Positions 19,256-33,826 of a stretch of DNA of 64,000 nt are shown one piece after another. The position numbers and the translations under genes were made by a program. Location: positions 1 through 64,000 of the forward strand of contig JBJFYX010000274.1 in the NCBI GenBank assembly GCA_044892525.1. Direction: 5' to 3'. Under the pieces are notes generated by a model that was not told the origin of the DNA, searched no databases, and worked only from the letters and a program-made list of their open reading frames with translations. The stretch comes from Schmidtea polychroa (Eukaryota). Position 1 is the first letter of the stretch, and each line of letters begins with the position of its first letter.

Positions 19256-22170
19256 TAATTATATAATTGGCACAGTGTAAAATGAAATAACAAAATAATT
19301 ATTATTAATTATTGAATTCTTATTAAATTAATTAAATAAAAGAGTGAAGTCTGGAAAATTTTCAAATAATGTTTATTGTAATATAAGATATTCATTTACT
19401 CCAATAATGAAAAATATTGCTCTCATCAAAATTCTTGCAAGCTTTTTCAATTAAAAATGTAAAAAAATAACACAAAAATGTTAACGATTTTTGCTTGTAA
19501 TGCTGATCGAATATTATTTACGTTTCATCCAAATTACAATTGTTAAAAATAATAATATAAACATTTGAGACTTCAGCGATAATTCATTTAGAAAACTATT
19601 AGTGGATCTACCTAATATTTTGAATAATTTTACCACAACCATGTCAAGGAAATCAAATGTAATCTAAATCGAAAATTTCAAAAGTAAAAATAAATTAAAA
19701 TAAGACATTGATAGGCGAAAATTCTAAAATTGGTATGCTATAATATGCATCAAAATATATTTCACAATAACTCTTGGAAAAGTAAGTTTTGAAGTTATTA
19801 ACAAATACGTTTAAAATGTTTGGATTTAAACATAGTTCTTGGTACTAAATATTATCATTTCAAACATAGATTTAAAATTAAACTACTTTTGTTAACAGAT
19901 TCATTCTTCTAGAGCAGGCATTAGAGTATCCATTTAATCCATAACAAATATATACCAATATTACAAATACAACAGCAGATTTTTTAAAAATTGTATGTGA
20001 CTTTTTAAAATTTGAACTTCTATTTGTCTGAAATTGATCATACACCAAATGATATCTTGTTCAAAAGTTGTTTAGAAAACGTTTTATAATGAAAATTAAT
20101 TACTGGCAAGGTTTTACATCAGTTTTGCGTCGATTGAAAATATTATTATTAACATAATTTTTAAATTTAAAATATCCACGATATACATGTTTTCGATTAA
20201 TAAATAAAATTAAACAAAGAAAATACAAATTTAATGTTTCCTTAATCATGCTTTTAAAAATATTTAAATTATAATATTTTCTATTATTAAAACAAGCCAA
20301 TGTTTAATATTCTTAATTTTTTAATAGCAATTACCAGCCGAAATAATAAGATAAAGTTCTTTGATAAATATAAATAATAAATAGACTATAAATTTTTTAT
20401 TTTGGATCCTTTGAATAATTTCATTTCATAAATTATATTCAATCATTTTTCTTGAAAATTATTCAGAAAATAAATTATATAAAATATTAAAAATCGAATG
20501 CTAAAGTCTATAAGTAAAATTATTTTACCAGTTTTATAATACATTAGTTTGACTTAAACACTAAAGCCGAAAAAAATCAAAATATTATATTCATTCATAT
20601 GTTACACCAAAATGTAGTGATGTACATATATTGTTTAATCATGATCATGTTATTATGGTTTTAATTTCTTAGACAACCTTTTGAATTTGAGAAGGTTTAT
20701 ATTTATTGATACATTATTACTATGACTTCCCCAATGGTGTATAAATGTTTAGGTCTCAGAAAATTGTTGAGGTTCTCAACATCTACTGGTTAAGAGATAA
20801 ATAATCTAATATATTAAAAACAAAATTGTTTCATTACAAACTTATTGGTAAAGTAAATTTAACAAATTATATTCCAGTAATAGTTTCGATTAACTTTCAA
20901 CTCGAAAAATACAAAATTTGTATGTTATGCATGCATGTTATGTTATGTACGATTTGTCGACGTTTTATATTATCAGTATTAATTTAAGATTTAGTAAGGA
21001 TTGTACTTTAATCACAGAGCTGAGGTTCTGATTTTTGGGCGAAAATTAAGAATTTTATGTGATTATATATAATAATATAAATAATTTTATATTTTAACCT
21101 ACATTATTGTACACAGTGGCTTAAAATCAATGAGCCGGTAGGGTCTACTACTAGAACTACTCATTGCATTTTTATTTTCGGGTTCATGACTGTCGATAGA
21201 AGCTCTTATGTCGCTTGGATTATTGGTGTTCCAAATGTAGACAACGGGGAGTTAAGTACTTATCCGCATTCCACTAACAATCGTCCATATAGACAACAAT
21301 TGTTAAGGTCTCCGTAAATGGGGGTTGAGATCTCAACTATATTTTACTAGTGATTCTTACTTTATATATGTATAAATAAGATAAGACTGGTTCTATGAAA
21401 GTTTATAAATAAAAATTACCGATAAAAAGGTTTGACAATGTTGTTTGAACAATTCTAGATGTTAGACGAATGTGTGTTTTTGTGTGATTGTGCTTGTTAT
21501 GTAGTGTATGCAAAACAACAGTGTATTATTTGACAAAAATTCCTTTTGAATTTTGTACTGTTTAGTAAAAGTCTTTGAATGATTGTCTTCTAAAATTTTC
21601 CAGTGAAAAATTCGACGTTGAAATTCAAATTTTCCATTGCTTATTTATATAATTTTTTATTATGATTTTAAATTTATTCATTTTCCACCTTAACATCTGT
21701 TATTATTAAAATTTAATTTATTTATCCTTAAAAGAAATTACTATTTCGTGACTAAAAACTTTTATTATTCTTATGATTAACCGTTTGCGAACGAATTTTG
21801 TTCCAGGCGTTCAACAATGAATAAACTTTAAAAAATCATACCACGATATCGGGTATTCGTATACTAAAAAATATATAAAATAATGATTAAAATTAATTCC
21901 ATAATTAAAATTAATTAAAATTAATTTGCATTGAATTAAATTGTATATACCTACTCATTTATTATTTTAATTAGGAAATTTTTTTTTCTTAAAAGTTTAT
22001 TTGTAATTTATATGATAATTTATATTACCTATATGTAATTTACAGTTTCCAAGAGTTTATAAAATAAAATTATTGAAAAAAATATGCATTGTTTAATTTT
22101 ATGTGTGTATTACTGGTTAATGGCCTTAGTTGCCAAAACCAAATAAATGAATTTAAAAAAATGTGAAATT

Positions 22171-22229
22171 CGCTTAATTGGGACAAAATGCCAAAGTCCC
22201 GATGTGTCCCAATTAAGCGGAATCGACTG
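22171..22229. mobile_element. pogo/Tigger-like terminal remnant forming a hairpin
   Basis: 15-bp inverted repeat CGCTTAATTGGGACA / TGTCCCAATTAAGCG; ends ...GACTG followed by TA. Confidence 0.5.
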
Positions 22230-22367
22230 TATATTATTCAAATTCCCATATGTAAAATTTTATATTTTTTTTCTTTACATAAATACGTACAAAATATATC
22301 TTTCAATAAATATGTACAAAAGATAAAACATAACCAATATAAATATGCCCGATTAGATAAATAAATA

Positions 22368-23364
22368 CAGTAAACTTTTCTACAACGCGACGGATACGTT
22401 TTTAGGAAACATCGCGTTGTAAGAGACATGCACTCTATAGACAAAAAGGGGTTAGGCTCCAAGTATAAAAAACTGCATTTAAATTAATTAAATGAAACTT
22501 TAGTAAGTTAATATTCAAGATTTTATTAGGATTTTATTATCTTCAATACAATTATAATAAATTAATAAAATTTAACAAAATAATTCATGCTTCTAAAAAT
22601 TAAGAACTAAATAAAAATTCAAATTTATAAAAATTCAAATATAAAAAGAAATTTTGATGCATATTATTTATTTTCTTCATCACTGCTAAGCGGGTAATGC
22701 CGCGGAAGTTTCCCAGCTGACGATTCTCCTATTTCTTTTAAACATTTAAATATTTTTAAAGCTTTTTCTTAGATCACATTTCCTTCTAAAGGTAACCGTT
22801 TTTTGTCATATCTTCTACGCATACTATGAGGGCTTGTTCCATTTTTTCCATTATATTTTCTCTCGGACGAGCAGTAATTTTGGCAAGCACAGATGATCCG
22901 GATGCTACCGAATTCTTAATTTTTCTTGTGTTTATTTTATGGTTCTAATTGTTGACTCATTTAAATTAAAGTATTTGGCAACTTCTCTTGATGTCTAAGC
23001 CTATCCAAAATTTGAATTTTGGTTTGAAGTGAAATAAATTTTCTGATTTTCTTTCATTCGGCATTTTGAATGGTATAATGATTTTTTTCCTATAAATTTA
23101 AATTATATGTATAATAAATTTATAAATTTATTATATGTAAATACATATAATAAAATTTCTTTTCATCCGAAATTTCTTTTAACTGCAAAATACACACACC
23201 TTTCTGTATTTATTTATACATTGTGATTTTTTTAAAACGTACATTTTTTAAAATCGCGTTGTAGGTAAAAAAAACTCGCGCTGTGAGAAAAATTGCCGTA
23301 ATTTATAAATCGTGTTATATCGAAAAGGCGTTATAGAAGTGTTGCGTTGTAAGATGTTTTACTG
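22368..23364 (-). mobile_element. Internally deleted Tigger/pogo DNA transposon
   Basis: TA-flanked imperfect TIRs CAGTAAA...TACAACGC; decayed CENP-B-type HTH (MEQALIV...LPLEGNVI*EKALKIF) on the minus strand. Confidence 0.8.
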
Positions 23365-24815
23365 TATACACAAAAGATCAAATAAATAAATATATCCGAT
23401 TAAATAAATAAATATACAAAACAAAATATGCCGGATTGAATAAATTTGCACCAAAGATCAAATAAATAAATATGTCCGATTAAATCACAAGGGAATTTTA
23501 GTTCGATTGCTTGTGACATATATTGTCTGGGTTTGATATTGAATTGGGATTTGAATTAGATTGCTAAGGATTTTGAGTTTGATATTGAGTTGTTGAGGAC
23601 TAGTTCTACACTGACTTTTCGCTGTAAATATTGACCCTAAATTTCTTTGGCCCAGTCCTATAATCGCTTGTTAGGACAAATATATCTATGGGCCTACATT
23701 AATCATCTAACACAAGGAGATTACTAATGAACGGTGAAGTAGGAACTACTCACTCCTCGTAGGTTAATATCATTCATGATTTACTACCATGTCGTTTATA
23801 ATGGTGGCTGTGGGTGGGAAAAGGTTTAGCGATTTTATTGTATGAAAGTGAATTCGTCTTTTGAATATAACAAACGAAAACAAAAATTCAATTTAAAACT
23901 TTAATCGTATATTGAAAATTCTAGACTTAGATATAGGACTGATTCTTACTTCAAGGTGGCACAAATTCAGAAAAATTTGGTTTATTCAAAATTTCAGCAT
24001 TAAATTGTGACTGAAATGCGTGAGTATTTAGTTTGATTTTGGTGTGCGAGTATGAGTGCATATTGATTCAGTAAAACAAATTTGAGTTATTTTAATTCTG
24101 ATTACTTTTGAATTTTAATTTTTATCAATTTGATGGCGATTTTTTATAATTTATGATTTATTTTATTTTCTGATTTATATATTTTATTTTATTTGAAATA
24201 ATTTCGTCACCATGATGGATATGACCATTTTCTGGAATATTCTATGCTACTTTAATAATTCTTATTATATAATTCCGTTTTTTAATTCCTTCGTTATTTT
24301 ATTTTAGTTTTTGGTAATTTAATTTCTAAATTTTTATATTTTTCTAAACTTTAACTAATTTTTGGCGGGCATGGTGGATTTCGCCATTTTTATAGAATAT
24401 TCTAGCATTTCTTATCGTCTCCGTTATAATTTTGAACCATAATTCATTTTAAAATGATATTTTGTGAAAATCTTTTCCATTTCCATTCCTACTTTCCCTT
24501 ATTGCTATTAACTCGCATTTTTAAAAATTCTATTATTTATCTATGCTATGTTTGAGTTTGTTTCGTGCAATACTTATTGTTTTATTTTATTTTTAAGTGT
24601 TATAATTTTGGTGTTGTATAAGTTTTTTTAATGGTCTCTACTTGATATTTTATGTGTTTTCATTTTCACCTTACTTAGTGCTATGTCTGTGTAATATTTT
24701 CCGATGCATCTCGATTATGTTACTGCAGCATGGGCCTAAATCCAGTTTTTGCTCAACATTTAGAAATGGGTAGAATGATGATGCCTTGCTTTGCTAAAGT
24801 CAAGTAGGTTATCGT

Positions 24816-24946
24816 NNNNNNNNNNNNNNNNNNNNNNNNNNNNNNNNNNNNNNNNNNNNNNNNNNNNNNNNNNNNNNNNNNNNNNNNNNNNNNNNNNNNN
24901 NNNNNNNNNNNNNNNNNNNNNNNNNNNNNNNNNNNNNNNNNNNNNN
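24816..24946. other. Assembly gap (N run)
   Basis: N characters. Confidence 1.
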
Positions 24947-25523
24947 AGTGCGTTTTATTATTTATTTTTTAATGGATTATTTTAAGAATTGTTTATTTTG
25001 TTAATAGTTAATTGAAAATTTGACTTGTTATGTTACCTAGAGATTTGACATAATGTCTTATACGGATGGATTCTTGTTCAACAATATTTTACTTGAGTAT
25101 TCCGACAATGAAATTTTAAAACAATAGATTTTCCCCAATAACAATAGAATTTTCACTCAACAGCTATTTTAGTATACATATATCACTTTGTATGCCTCAT
25201 ACAATATAAATCTTTCCTATGAAGGTATAAGAGGGAACTTGCTATCATGTATTGAAATTAACATCATGTCAATATTTACTAGTAATAGACAAATTGCTTC
25301 ATTATCGGCTCGCACAATTTGTATAAAATCGGCTATCAATTGTTAGAATATTTATTTTGTTATGGAATCAAAGCCGGGCCCCCAAACTTAACAAAAAATT
25401 TATTAACACTCAAAATTGACATATTGAAATATAGATTTTAAATATTAATTTTAAACAAAATTCAATTATAAAAATAAAAAGTCATGATTCATAAGGTAAA
25501 CAAATTTCTACATAAAAAAAATC

Positions 25524-25911
25524 GGTAATACTTAAGTTTTGGGGGGGGGGCTGAATTCAAAAATGAGTTAATTAATATATACTCTGAGTTTATCCGACAA
25601 AATATTCTGTCCCCCTATATGTATTGCTCACAAGGGTACTAGATTTTTGTAAATTTCTAACATTTTTATGAATTTTTATCATTTTTGTGAATTTTTGGTA
25701 AAATTATCAATGAATGCCTTAAACAACAAATTTGCCTAAATAATCATTCAAATAAAAGCATTAAATACCTTTACGACATGTTGAATGTGAGTAGTACCCT
25801 TGTGAGCAATACCCATAGGGGGACAGAATATTTTGTCGGATAAACTCAGAGTATATATTAATTGACTCATTTTTGAATTCAGCCCCCCCCCCAAAAAACT
25901 TAAGTATTACC
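25524..25911. mobile_element. Mutator-like (MULE) foldback MITE
   Basis: ~118-bp near-perfect TIRs starting GGTAATACTTAAG; 9-bp direct repeat AAAAAAATC on both flanks (25515-25523, 25912-25920). Confidence 0.88.
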
Positions 25912-26219
25912 AAAAAAATCTGATCCTATTAATAAAAATAACTACAAATATAATTTTTTCCATTAATTTTTTTTAAATATGTTAATAAATGAATATAACT
26001 AGTCTACAGCAACTATATATATTGAAGTTACAAGCTAAATATTATTTAAATAAAAGTGACTCTGATCCCTACAACAGTATTGTTTTTAGTAGGCACTGCA
26101 AAATCAGTGTCTCTTGAACATTTTAAGAACAACATTTTGTTGTTATATTTTTAATAATAATAAATAATTATTTTTGTAACCATTTTTCAATACATAAATT
26201 TTTATGTGCCACTTCAATA

Positions 26220-28167
26220 CACCTAATTCCGAAATTTAATAACTTCTATAATCTAAAAAAAATCAATAAATATATATTATAGGAACACACAAACTTACCT
26301 GTGTGTAGAAATTTATTGTTCCGAAATTTAGTAACTTTATTATACACCTAACTGCGAAAGTTAACATTGTCTATAATATACGTTGGTGTGCACACCACCT
26401 GAGGTGAGTCACCAATTATATGACAATGTTAACTTAATTTCATTTTTACAATTTTTCAAAAATCGTTTTAAGGTAAGTTTTGGAATTGAAGTAATTTTTA
26501 GGACTTGAATTTTGATTTTATATAATTATGAGATCATTATTCAAGTTCTTAAATATTACTGTTAGTCAGCATTTATAATATTGATAATATATAACATTGA
26601 TAATTAAATTTCAGGTGTTTTTTTAGGAATTTTATGGTATTTTATTTGGATTTATTTGGATTTATTTCGTAAAAATGTAAGTTAGATATTTTTATAATTA
26701 TAAATAAGTAAAGTAATCACCAAACATTTATTTTTTAAAGACATTTAGTAAAGAATGGATAAAATATTTTTTAAGTTTTTGTAATCTTCTTTCGAATTTT
26801 GACTATTTCTGTAATTCTATGAAAATATTAATTTGTTAAAATTATTTATTAAAATTTACGATTTGCGATTTTTTTCCTGCAAATTCAAAGATGTCGAAGG
26901 ATCTTCTTCAATATCTGTAAATCTAAAGAAATTTTATATTCTAAATTATTTTATAATTAAATCTTACGATGTATTTACTTCATTTTCCCTAAAGCTCAAG
27001 GTAGAGCAGTCAGAATCTGATTCAAAAGTTTTTTTGCACATAACTTTTTAAATAATTTGAAAATATTGATATGTTAATTATATGTTAATCAATGTATATT
27101 TCGCATGAAAAACACTTTACTTAATTTTGTATGTATTTTTCATTATGCTGTGCTTGTATGCTTAATCATTTTCTCTCACTTTTTAGATTCCTATAATAAA
27201 TATGTTAAATTTCGCAGCATTAAATTTCTACACACAGGTAAGTTTGTGTGTTCCTATAATATATATTTATTGATTTTTTTTAAGATTATAGATAATGTTA
27301 TATTTCCCAGTTAGGTGTAGGTTTTGTGAAGGTGAGAGAAAAATAACTGAACACACCAACACAAAACACATAATGAAAAATGCATGCAAAATTCTTATAT
27401 AGGTTTTTGTTCCGAAATAAATAACTGTTAACATATTGTTAACATATTAATTATATATATAATTATATATAATTATTTTAAAATTATTAAAAAATGCAAG
27501 AAAATACTTTAAATTTAGATTCCGACAGCTCTACCTTGAGCTTTAGGGAAAAAGAAGAAAATACAATGTAAGTTTTATTCATTAAATTACAAAATATTAA
27601 AATATTTTATAGTATGTGTGAAGGCAGCATTTCAAATATTGAAGGTCCTTCGAGATCTTTTGATTTACAGAAAGAAAAAAGCCATCGAAAATGAGCTGCT
27701 GAAAGATTATAAAAATTTAAAAAACTATTTCATTCATGTACGCCGATTTTTTCCTAAATGTCTTATAAAAATAAATGTGTTTGTGATTACTTTATTTATT
27801 TATAAATATAAAAATATCTAACTTACATTTTAGCGAAATAATTCCATATTAATGCATAAAATATCATAAATTTCCTAATAAACACCTGAAATTTAATTAT
27901 TAATATATTTATAAATGATAAATTATAAATGATGACTAACAGTAATATTTAAGAACTTGAATAATGATCTCATAATTATATAAAATCAAAATTCAATTCT
28001 TAAAATATACTTGAAATTAAAAAAATTACCTGAAAACCATTTTTGTTGCTAATAAATTATTGAATAAATGAAATTGAGTAACTTCATTTTCACGTAAATG
28101 GTGACTCACTCAACTGGTGTGCACACCAACGTGAATTATAGAGGTTACTCAATTTCGGAATTGGGTG
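26220..28167. mobile_element. Tc1/mariner-like non-autonomous foldback element(s) with long imperfect inverted arms
   Basis: TA-flanked termini CACCTAA(T/C)T at 26220 and 26345, reverse termini ending 27317 and 28167; arm ~26370-27030 mirrors ~27520-28130. Confidence 0.75.
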
Positions 28168-30086
28168 TAGCCTCATATCCAGCCCTATGTGCAATTACTC
28201 ACCTTTATTGAGTTTTTTTTAATTTTTCAGCAATTATATATAAAATACACTGTAATAATCAATACAGACTTTTATTTTCGTAAATTTAAACGTTTGAACA
28301 ACGTCCCGAAAATGGACGGTTTTGAAAAGCATACAAACTTGGGCTTTATGAAGACTAAACTAATATTGATGCTTAGATTATTGATTGGCTCACTAATTGA
28401 TAATAAAAGGTTTAACCACGTTTCATTTAAGTTAATTTTCTTTCTTTTAAAATTGTCGCAAAGTCTCTGGTTCTTCAATAGAAAATAACTCAAGAGTCTC
28501 AATTCGTACTATTTGTGTAACATGTAATATTTCATGGGACTGTGGATGAGAAATTCCAACAGGTTTTACTACGACACATTCAATTTACAATTTAAAATTA
28601 AAAATAAAGAGAATAAATTTTATTTCTGTAAATATTCATCATTATATTAATGAAAAAGTGCTACTAAATAAGTACGTAGTGAATTTTCTGAGATTTAAAA
28701 TTTAAACAATTTTACTTTGAAATATTTATTAATTTTCATTGCTGCAATGAGAAGGGTTTAAGAACTCTTCCATAACTAAGGTTATATTCTGAAAAATTCA
28801 TAATCAAAATTTACAATAATTACAAATTATATAAAATTACAACGATTTCTAAGGTTTATTTTAGTAATAGTTATATAATTGAATTTATTTTTCGAACTCA
28901 GAAATCAACATATTTCAGAAGGAGTTGAAACCAATGACCAAGGTCATTAATTATTATAAAGAAAATATTAATGACTATAAAGAATATTAATTTGAAATGG
29001 AATCTTCTTCTACAGAAAATAAAGCAAGCTCTAGAAAAACAAGTTGAAATTCTTAAAAATATGCATGATGAAGTCGATTGTGTAAAAAAATTGCTAGAAC
29101 TTTATAATCGTTATAATCGACATACAAATGGATCGGAATTTTTAAAGATTTAGAAAGTAATACAATTGATCAAAATTCTTTTTTATAAGGTCTGGTCGGA
29201 AAAATTTAGGTATATCAGAAAATATGTTAAAAGTTGGTAAGATTTTTCAAAAAATGCTAGAAAATGAAAACATTAGTGCCTCTCAATCCTCCGTTTTGTT
29301 ATATCGTAATAAACTAAATTTAACAAGAAAAAGATTAAGAAAAGTCGCAGATAAAATCTGTTTCTCTAGAAAATCGGGCCAAACAAAAAAAATTGCTTTC
29401 AAATACCGTGGGTTACCAGGTTCTTCTTTATTGTATTTAGTATTATATTTATTGGGTGAAACAGGATTCAACCTTCATACTTCTAAAATGTACTGTTATT
29501 CCTCAAAAATGTTCTTGAAAATTTGTTTGTAGAGGTCGGAACATTAGTTTACTGACATTGATTTCTAATGAAAAGTTTTTTGCATACAAAATGTTTCTAT
29601 TGTCCTTTCAATTCTTCTTCCTTTATTGAATTTTTTGAAGAGTGTTTTGTTTTAAATTTTAGAAAGATTTTATTAATTTAAGTATTCTGTATGCTGGTTT
29701 TTGAAATTTGTGTTATTTGGGTTTTTAAATAAAACATTTGAATGGTCTTGGAATTCAAATTCAGTCCCACGGAAAAGTATTGATGACTATGTGAAATTGA
29801 TGCAATGCTTTACAATAATTTTGGACATTTACTACTTCAATGTAATTTCTAAAATGAGTGTCATGTTGTATGTTATAGACAAAACCAGTTCTAGATTAGA
29901 CATAATTTTTTTGTAATCCTAAAAAATTATATATTTTCCGAGAAAATGATCTTCATCTTCCGCCTGTTATCTTAATCAGTGTCAAATATTATATTCACAA
30001 GCAATCAATACTCTTCAATGGGATTCATTTGCGGACTATATGGCGGAAGAAATAAAATGTTGTGTCCATATTCCGTTATAACATTT

Positions 30087-30819
30087 TCAACGCCCAAAAC
30101 CCTGGAAAGCCACATTATCCATAACTATTGTATAATTTTCCATGTTCAACTCTTTCATTTTTCGAAATAGCTCTGTCAAGAATTCAATAAAAGTATCTCC
30201 ATTATAAGCTCGATTTTGTGTCTTATGAAAAACGATTCCGCGCTTAGAAATCCCGGTACAAACCGAATAGTTTCTTGATCTTATTGCTCTTACCACTTTC
30301 CTGGCTGGAGTCCCCACCAAACTTCTTCCATAATTCAGTCTAAGTGAACAACTCACTCCCATTTCATCGACAAAAATCGTTTTATCTTCATCAAGTATAG
30401 GATATGCGTTCCCATTATTATATCTCCGAGCTATATTATCAGGACTGTTTCTAGCCTCAGGGATCAAGCTTACCCGTTTTAATGAATAATTTAGCCTCTG
30501 TAAAGACTTCTCTACCGTTGGTAACAATACAACTCTTCCCTTTTCGGTGTAAATACGACTTTTAAGAGACTTTAAAGTAATAGAAACATCATTTTCGATT
30601 TCATCAACTATGAATGTTTCAACATTCGAGTCAATTTTCATTGCTTTTGGTTTTGTTTAATAGATTCGGTTCTACCAAATCGTGTGTACGTCCGTAAAAC
30701 ACTTCTAATTGTCTCATAGTTCAACTCCAGGGCCGTCGCAATTTCTTGAGGCGATTTTCCAGCCTCATGTTTATTTATCTTCGTGTTTCATCTGACATTT
30801 GCCTTTTCCTGTTGTTCAT
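30087..30819 (-). mobile_element. IS630/Tc1-family DDE transposase, disrupted and 3'-truncated
   Basis: N-terminal HTH (GKSPQEIATALELNYETIRSVL), IFVDEMG, IVMDNVAF; third catalytic residue region missing; frameshift and stop near the 5' end. Confidence 0.85.
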
Positions 30820-31354
30820 AGGGTTTTTAAAAAATTTTGATTGAATTTTAAAAACGTATAAATAATTAATTTAAACACCTGGTTTAATTTTTATAAAAAA
30901 TCTGGCCATGTACTTGCATCGTATAATATATAGCTTTTGCTTTTTTAATAGATTTGTGTTTTTTTTAATATAATATATTTTTAACATGTTTTTTTATTTG
31001 TTAATATAGTTTTTTTATGTGAGAAACGCTGTAAATAATTTCAATACATTTGTGCTTTTGAATATTAATTATGAGAATTGCGATTTATTCACCGATACTT
31101 CACACAAAGACCTTTCCAAATAATTATCAATTTTTATGTATAATTTTAAAATTTAAAATTTTTTATTATTTAGTAATATTACTCAAACATATCAACTGGC
31201 TGTGTTCCTAAATGTATTCCTATGTATTATTTTGCTTTTGTATTGTATTTATTCGTTAAATCGTGTGAAAACTGGATTTTTAATTGCAAAACATGTGTAT
31301 TTTTATCTTCATTTTTGTCACTTCAAAAGCTTTCTTAGTCTTACTCTTTCAAGA

Positions 31355-31499
31355 CAGTCATGGGATTCGGCCGGTACGCAACGGTACACCCGTACCGATT
31401 CTTCATAAGTTCTAGTAAGTGCGTACAGATTTTTCATTTTACAAATCAATAAAAATTTGGAAAGGTACCGGTTCCAAATAAAATTGAATCCCATCACTG
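31355..31499. mobile_element. hAT MITE, 145 bp
   Basis: TIR CAGT(C/G)ATGGGATTC; 8-bp TSD TTTCAAGA on both sides. Confidence 0.92.
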
Positions 31500-32189
31500 T
31501 TTCAAGACATATTATTTCACATCTGAAAATCCTGTATAATAACATTATTTTAACCGATGTGATTTATCAAAAAACATGAACTGTCAGGCAAAAACAAAAA
31601 GTGGCTAGATCGGGGTAATAAATATTAATTCAAAATACTGAAACAATAGCATTGTTCCTTACAGTTTCCCATGGTAAAGGGTTTTATCAATTGAAATTTT
31701 ATATATAGGATATTAGTTAAAATAATTAATGAAAAAGTAAATTACTGTGTTATTCATTGATTGAGATATTTGATAAGCATTATGCCCTGACTGAAAAAAA
31801 TGAATAGAGAATTTAATAGAATAAATTATCAACATTTTTACAAAATTCGTTTTTTACACAAATGCAATAATACTCGATCTAACGTTAATTCACTGTAACC
31901 AACTTAAGATTTAAAGGAATTTTATTTCAATAACCATTTCCATAAATGGTTTAAAACGATGTTCAATTTTTGCATTCCAGAGCCAAGAAAATATAAATAA
32001 AAAATGGAAACTCTAGAGTCAATTTTATAAATGAAAAAAAAATCAGTTATTAAAATTTATTCTATTACTACATAATCGCAAGCATTAATATCTAGGATAG
32101 TAGAGATTGAGTCTTAATTCATCAAAGGTTTATAAATGTAACAACACACATACATACAAACATAAAGCTATTAATTCCTTTAATTAAAA

Positions 32190-33370
32190 ATGGTCGACAG
32201 AATAATGGACCAGAGGAAAGAAATGCTCAACATTTCTGAAATAAACAACATCGAGGACGAAATAACAGCAATAAAATCGTCCTTTCAATCACAGAAAAAT
32301 GTATGGTATTATCATAGAACGTTTGTATCGAAAGCCAGAAAATATCACCCCATCTTATTAATGGGAACAAAGGAACCAGAAACAGAACGAGAAAAGGTTC
32401 TAGTGAATTCGGTAAATGGAACCTCTGAGACCACATCTACATACAATCCAAATCAGAACCAAACTTTCACTATTCTTAGCAACTGTTGCCAACAACAGCA
32501 TTGATTTCCTCATAGACTCGGGTGCGGACACAAGTGCATTACCATCAAAAATCTTTAAACTTAATCTTTCGTTGAATGAAAATCGAACATTAGTCAGTGG
32601 CTCCATCATTGAATACTATGGTGACAAAAAACATCAATAAAATTTAAAGGTTTTCGAAAACCATTCAAATGGATATTTGCAGTAGCAAACATCAGCAGAC
32701 TAATAATAGGAGCAGATTTCTTGGATCATTATAATCCACATGTCAGTTGGAAAAACAAGTAAATTTACAATATTGCAACCTCAGAATTTGCACAAAATCT
32801 CGAAAATGAATAGTAGATAACGTGAATATGAAGATATAATTTTGAAATTCACAGGAGTCCACAATTAGTTCTAAACCCGATGCCCAAATGAAAATGATAA
32901 CAGAAAGAGAAGCTGTATCTCAGAAATTTTAAAAGCTTTTCGGAAAACGATTGCAAGCAACCAAAGAATTTGATCGATTACTGAAAGAAAACGTCATCCA
33001 AATCAGCAACAATTGTTGAACTCCGTCCTTGGTTGTCGATAAAAACCACGGTGCACGTGGAGACCATGTAGTGACTATAGACTCCTCAACAATGTCACAA
33101 TTTCTGACAAATATCCTCTTCCGAGAATCCAGGATATTCTTGATAACTTAATTGGAAACACATACTTCACAAAATTAGAAATAATTAAAGCCTATCACCA
33201 GATACCGATTGCTTAAGAAGACAACCACAAAACCGCAGTGATAACCCCCATTTGGTTTATTTCAATTTAATACGAAACCTAGAAAAACATATTTCACGTC
33301 AGAACAGTTCTCAAAAACCTCTATGAAGCCCGTCTCAAAGTCAATGTCAGCAAATGTGAATTCAATAAAG
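32190..33370 (+). mobile_element. Degenerate Gypsy/Ty3 gag-pol fragment
   Basis: Gag end WYYHRTFVSKARKY, protease FLIDSGADTSALP, RT DYRLLNNVTISDKYPLPRIQDIL and KAYHQIP...TAVITPFGLFQF; stops and frameshifts. Confidence 0.88.
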
Positions 33371-33826
33371 AATATTTTTCAGATATTTTTTCTGTGATTT
33401 AGCTAATTTTCAAGTGATGCGATTTCCAGTGTACGAGGGAAAGTATGCAATAGAGTTGAATCAGCAATATTTTACACCATTACCGGTTTGACAATAGTTT
33501 GTAGCGTTTGCAAACTCAACAAAATGTTCGAATCACTATTTTATAGATCCTATGTATTACATTTTGGTTTTGGTATTAATGGCATCAATAATTAAAAATA
33601 TAAATATTCTAAATTTTATTTATTCAAAAAATTGTGTTCCGAAAATATTATTTAATCAAATCTCCAATATACAATAATATAATTATTTGTCAATAATTTT
33701 AATTAATTCAATTAATCACTTTAATTAATTTACTTAATTAGATTCTCACATCACTCACTGAATGAGATTTCGGAAGCGTTTGGCAATCAAAAACTAAAGA
33801 ATCTAACAAAACAATTGAAACTATAC

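Noticed and set aside
28900-30000. Short ORFs on both strands
   Set aside because: No recognisable motifs; probably decayed TE sequence.
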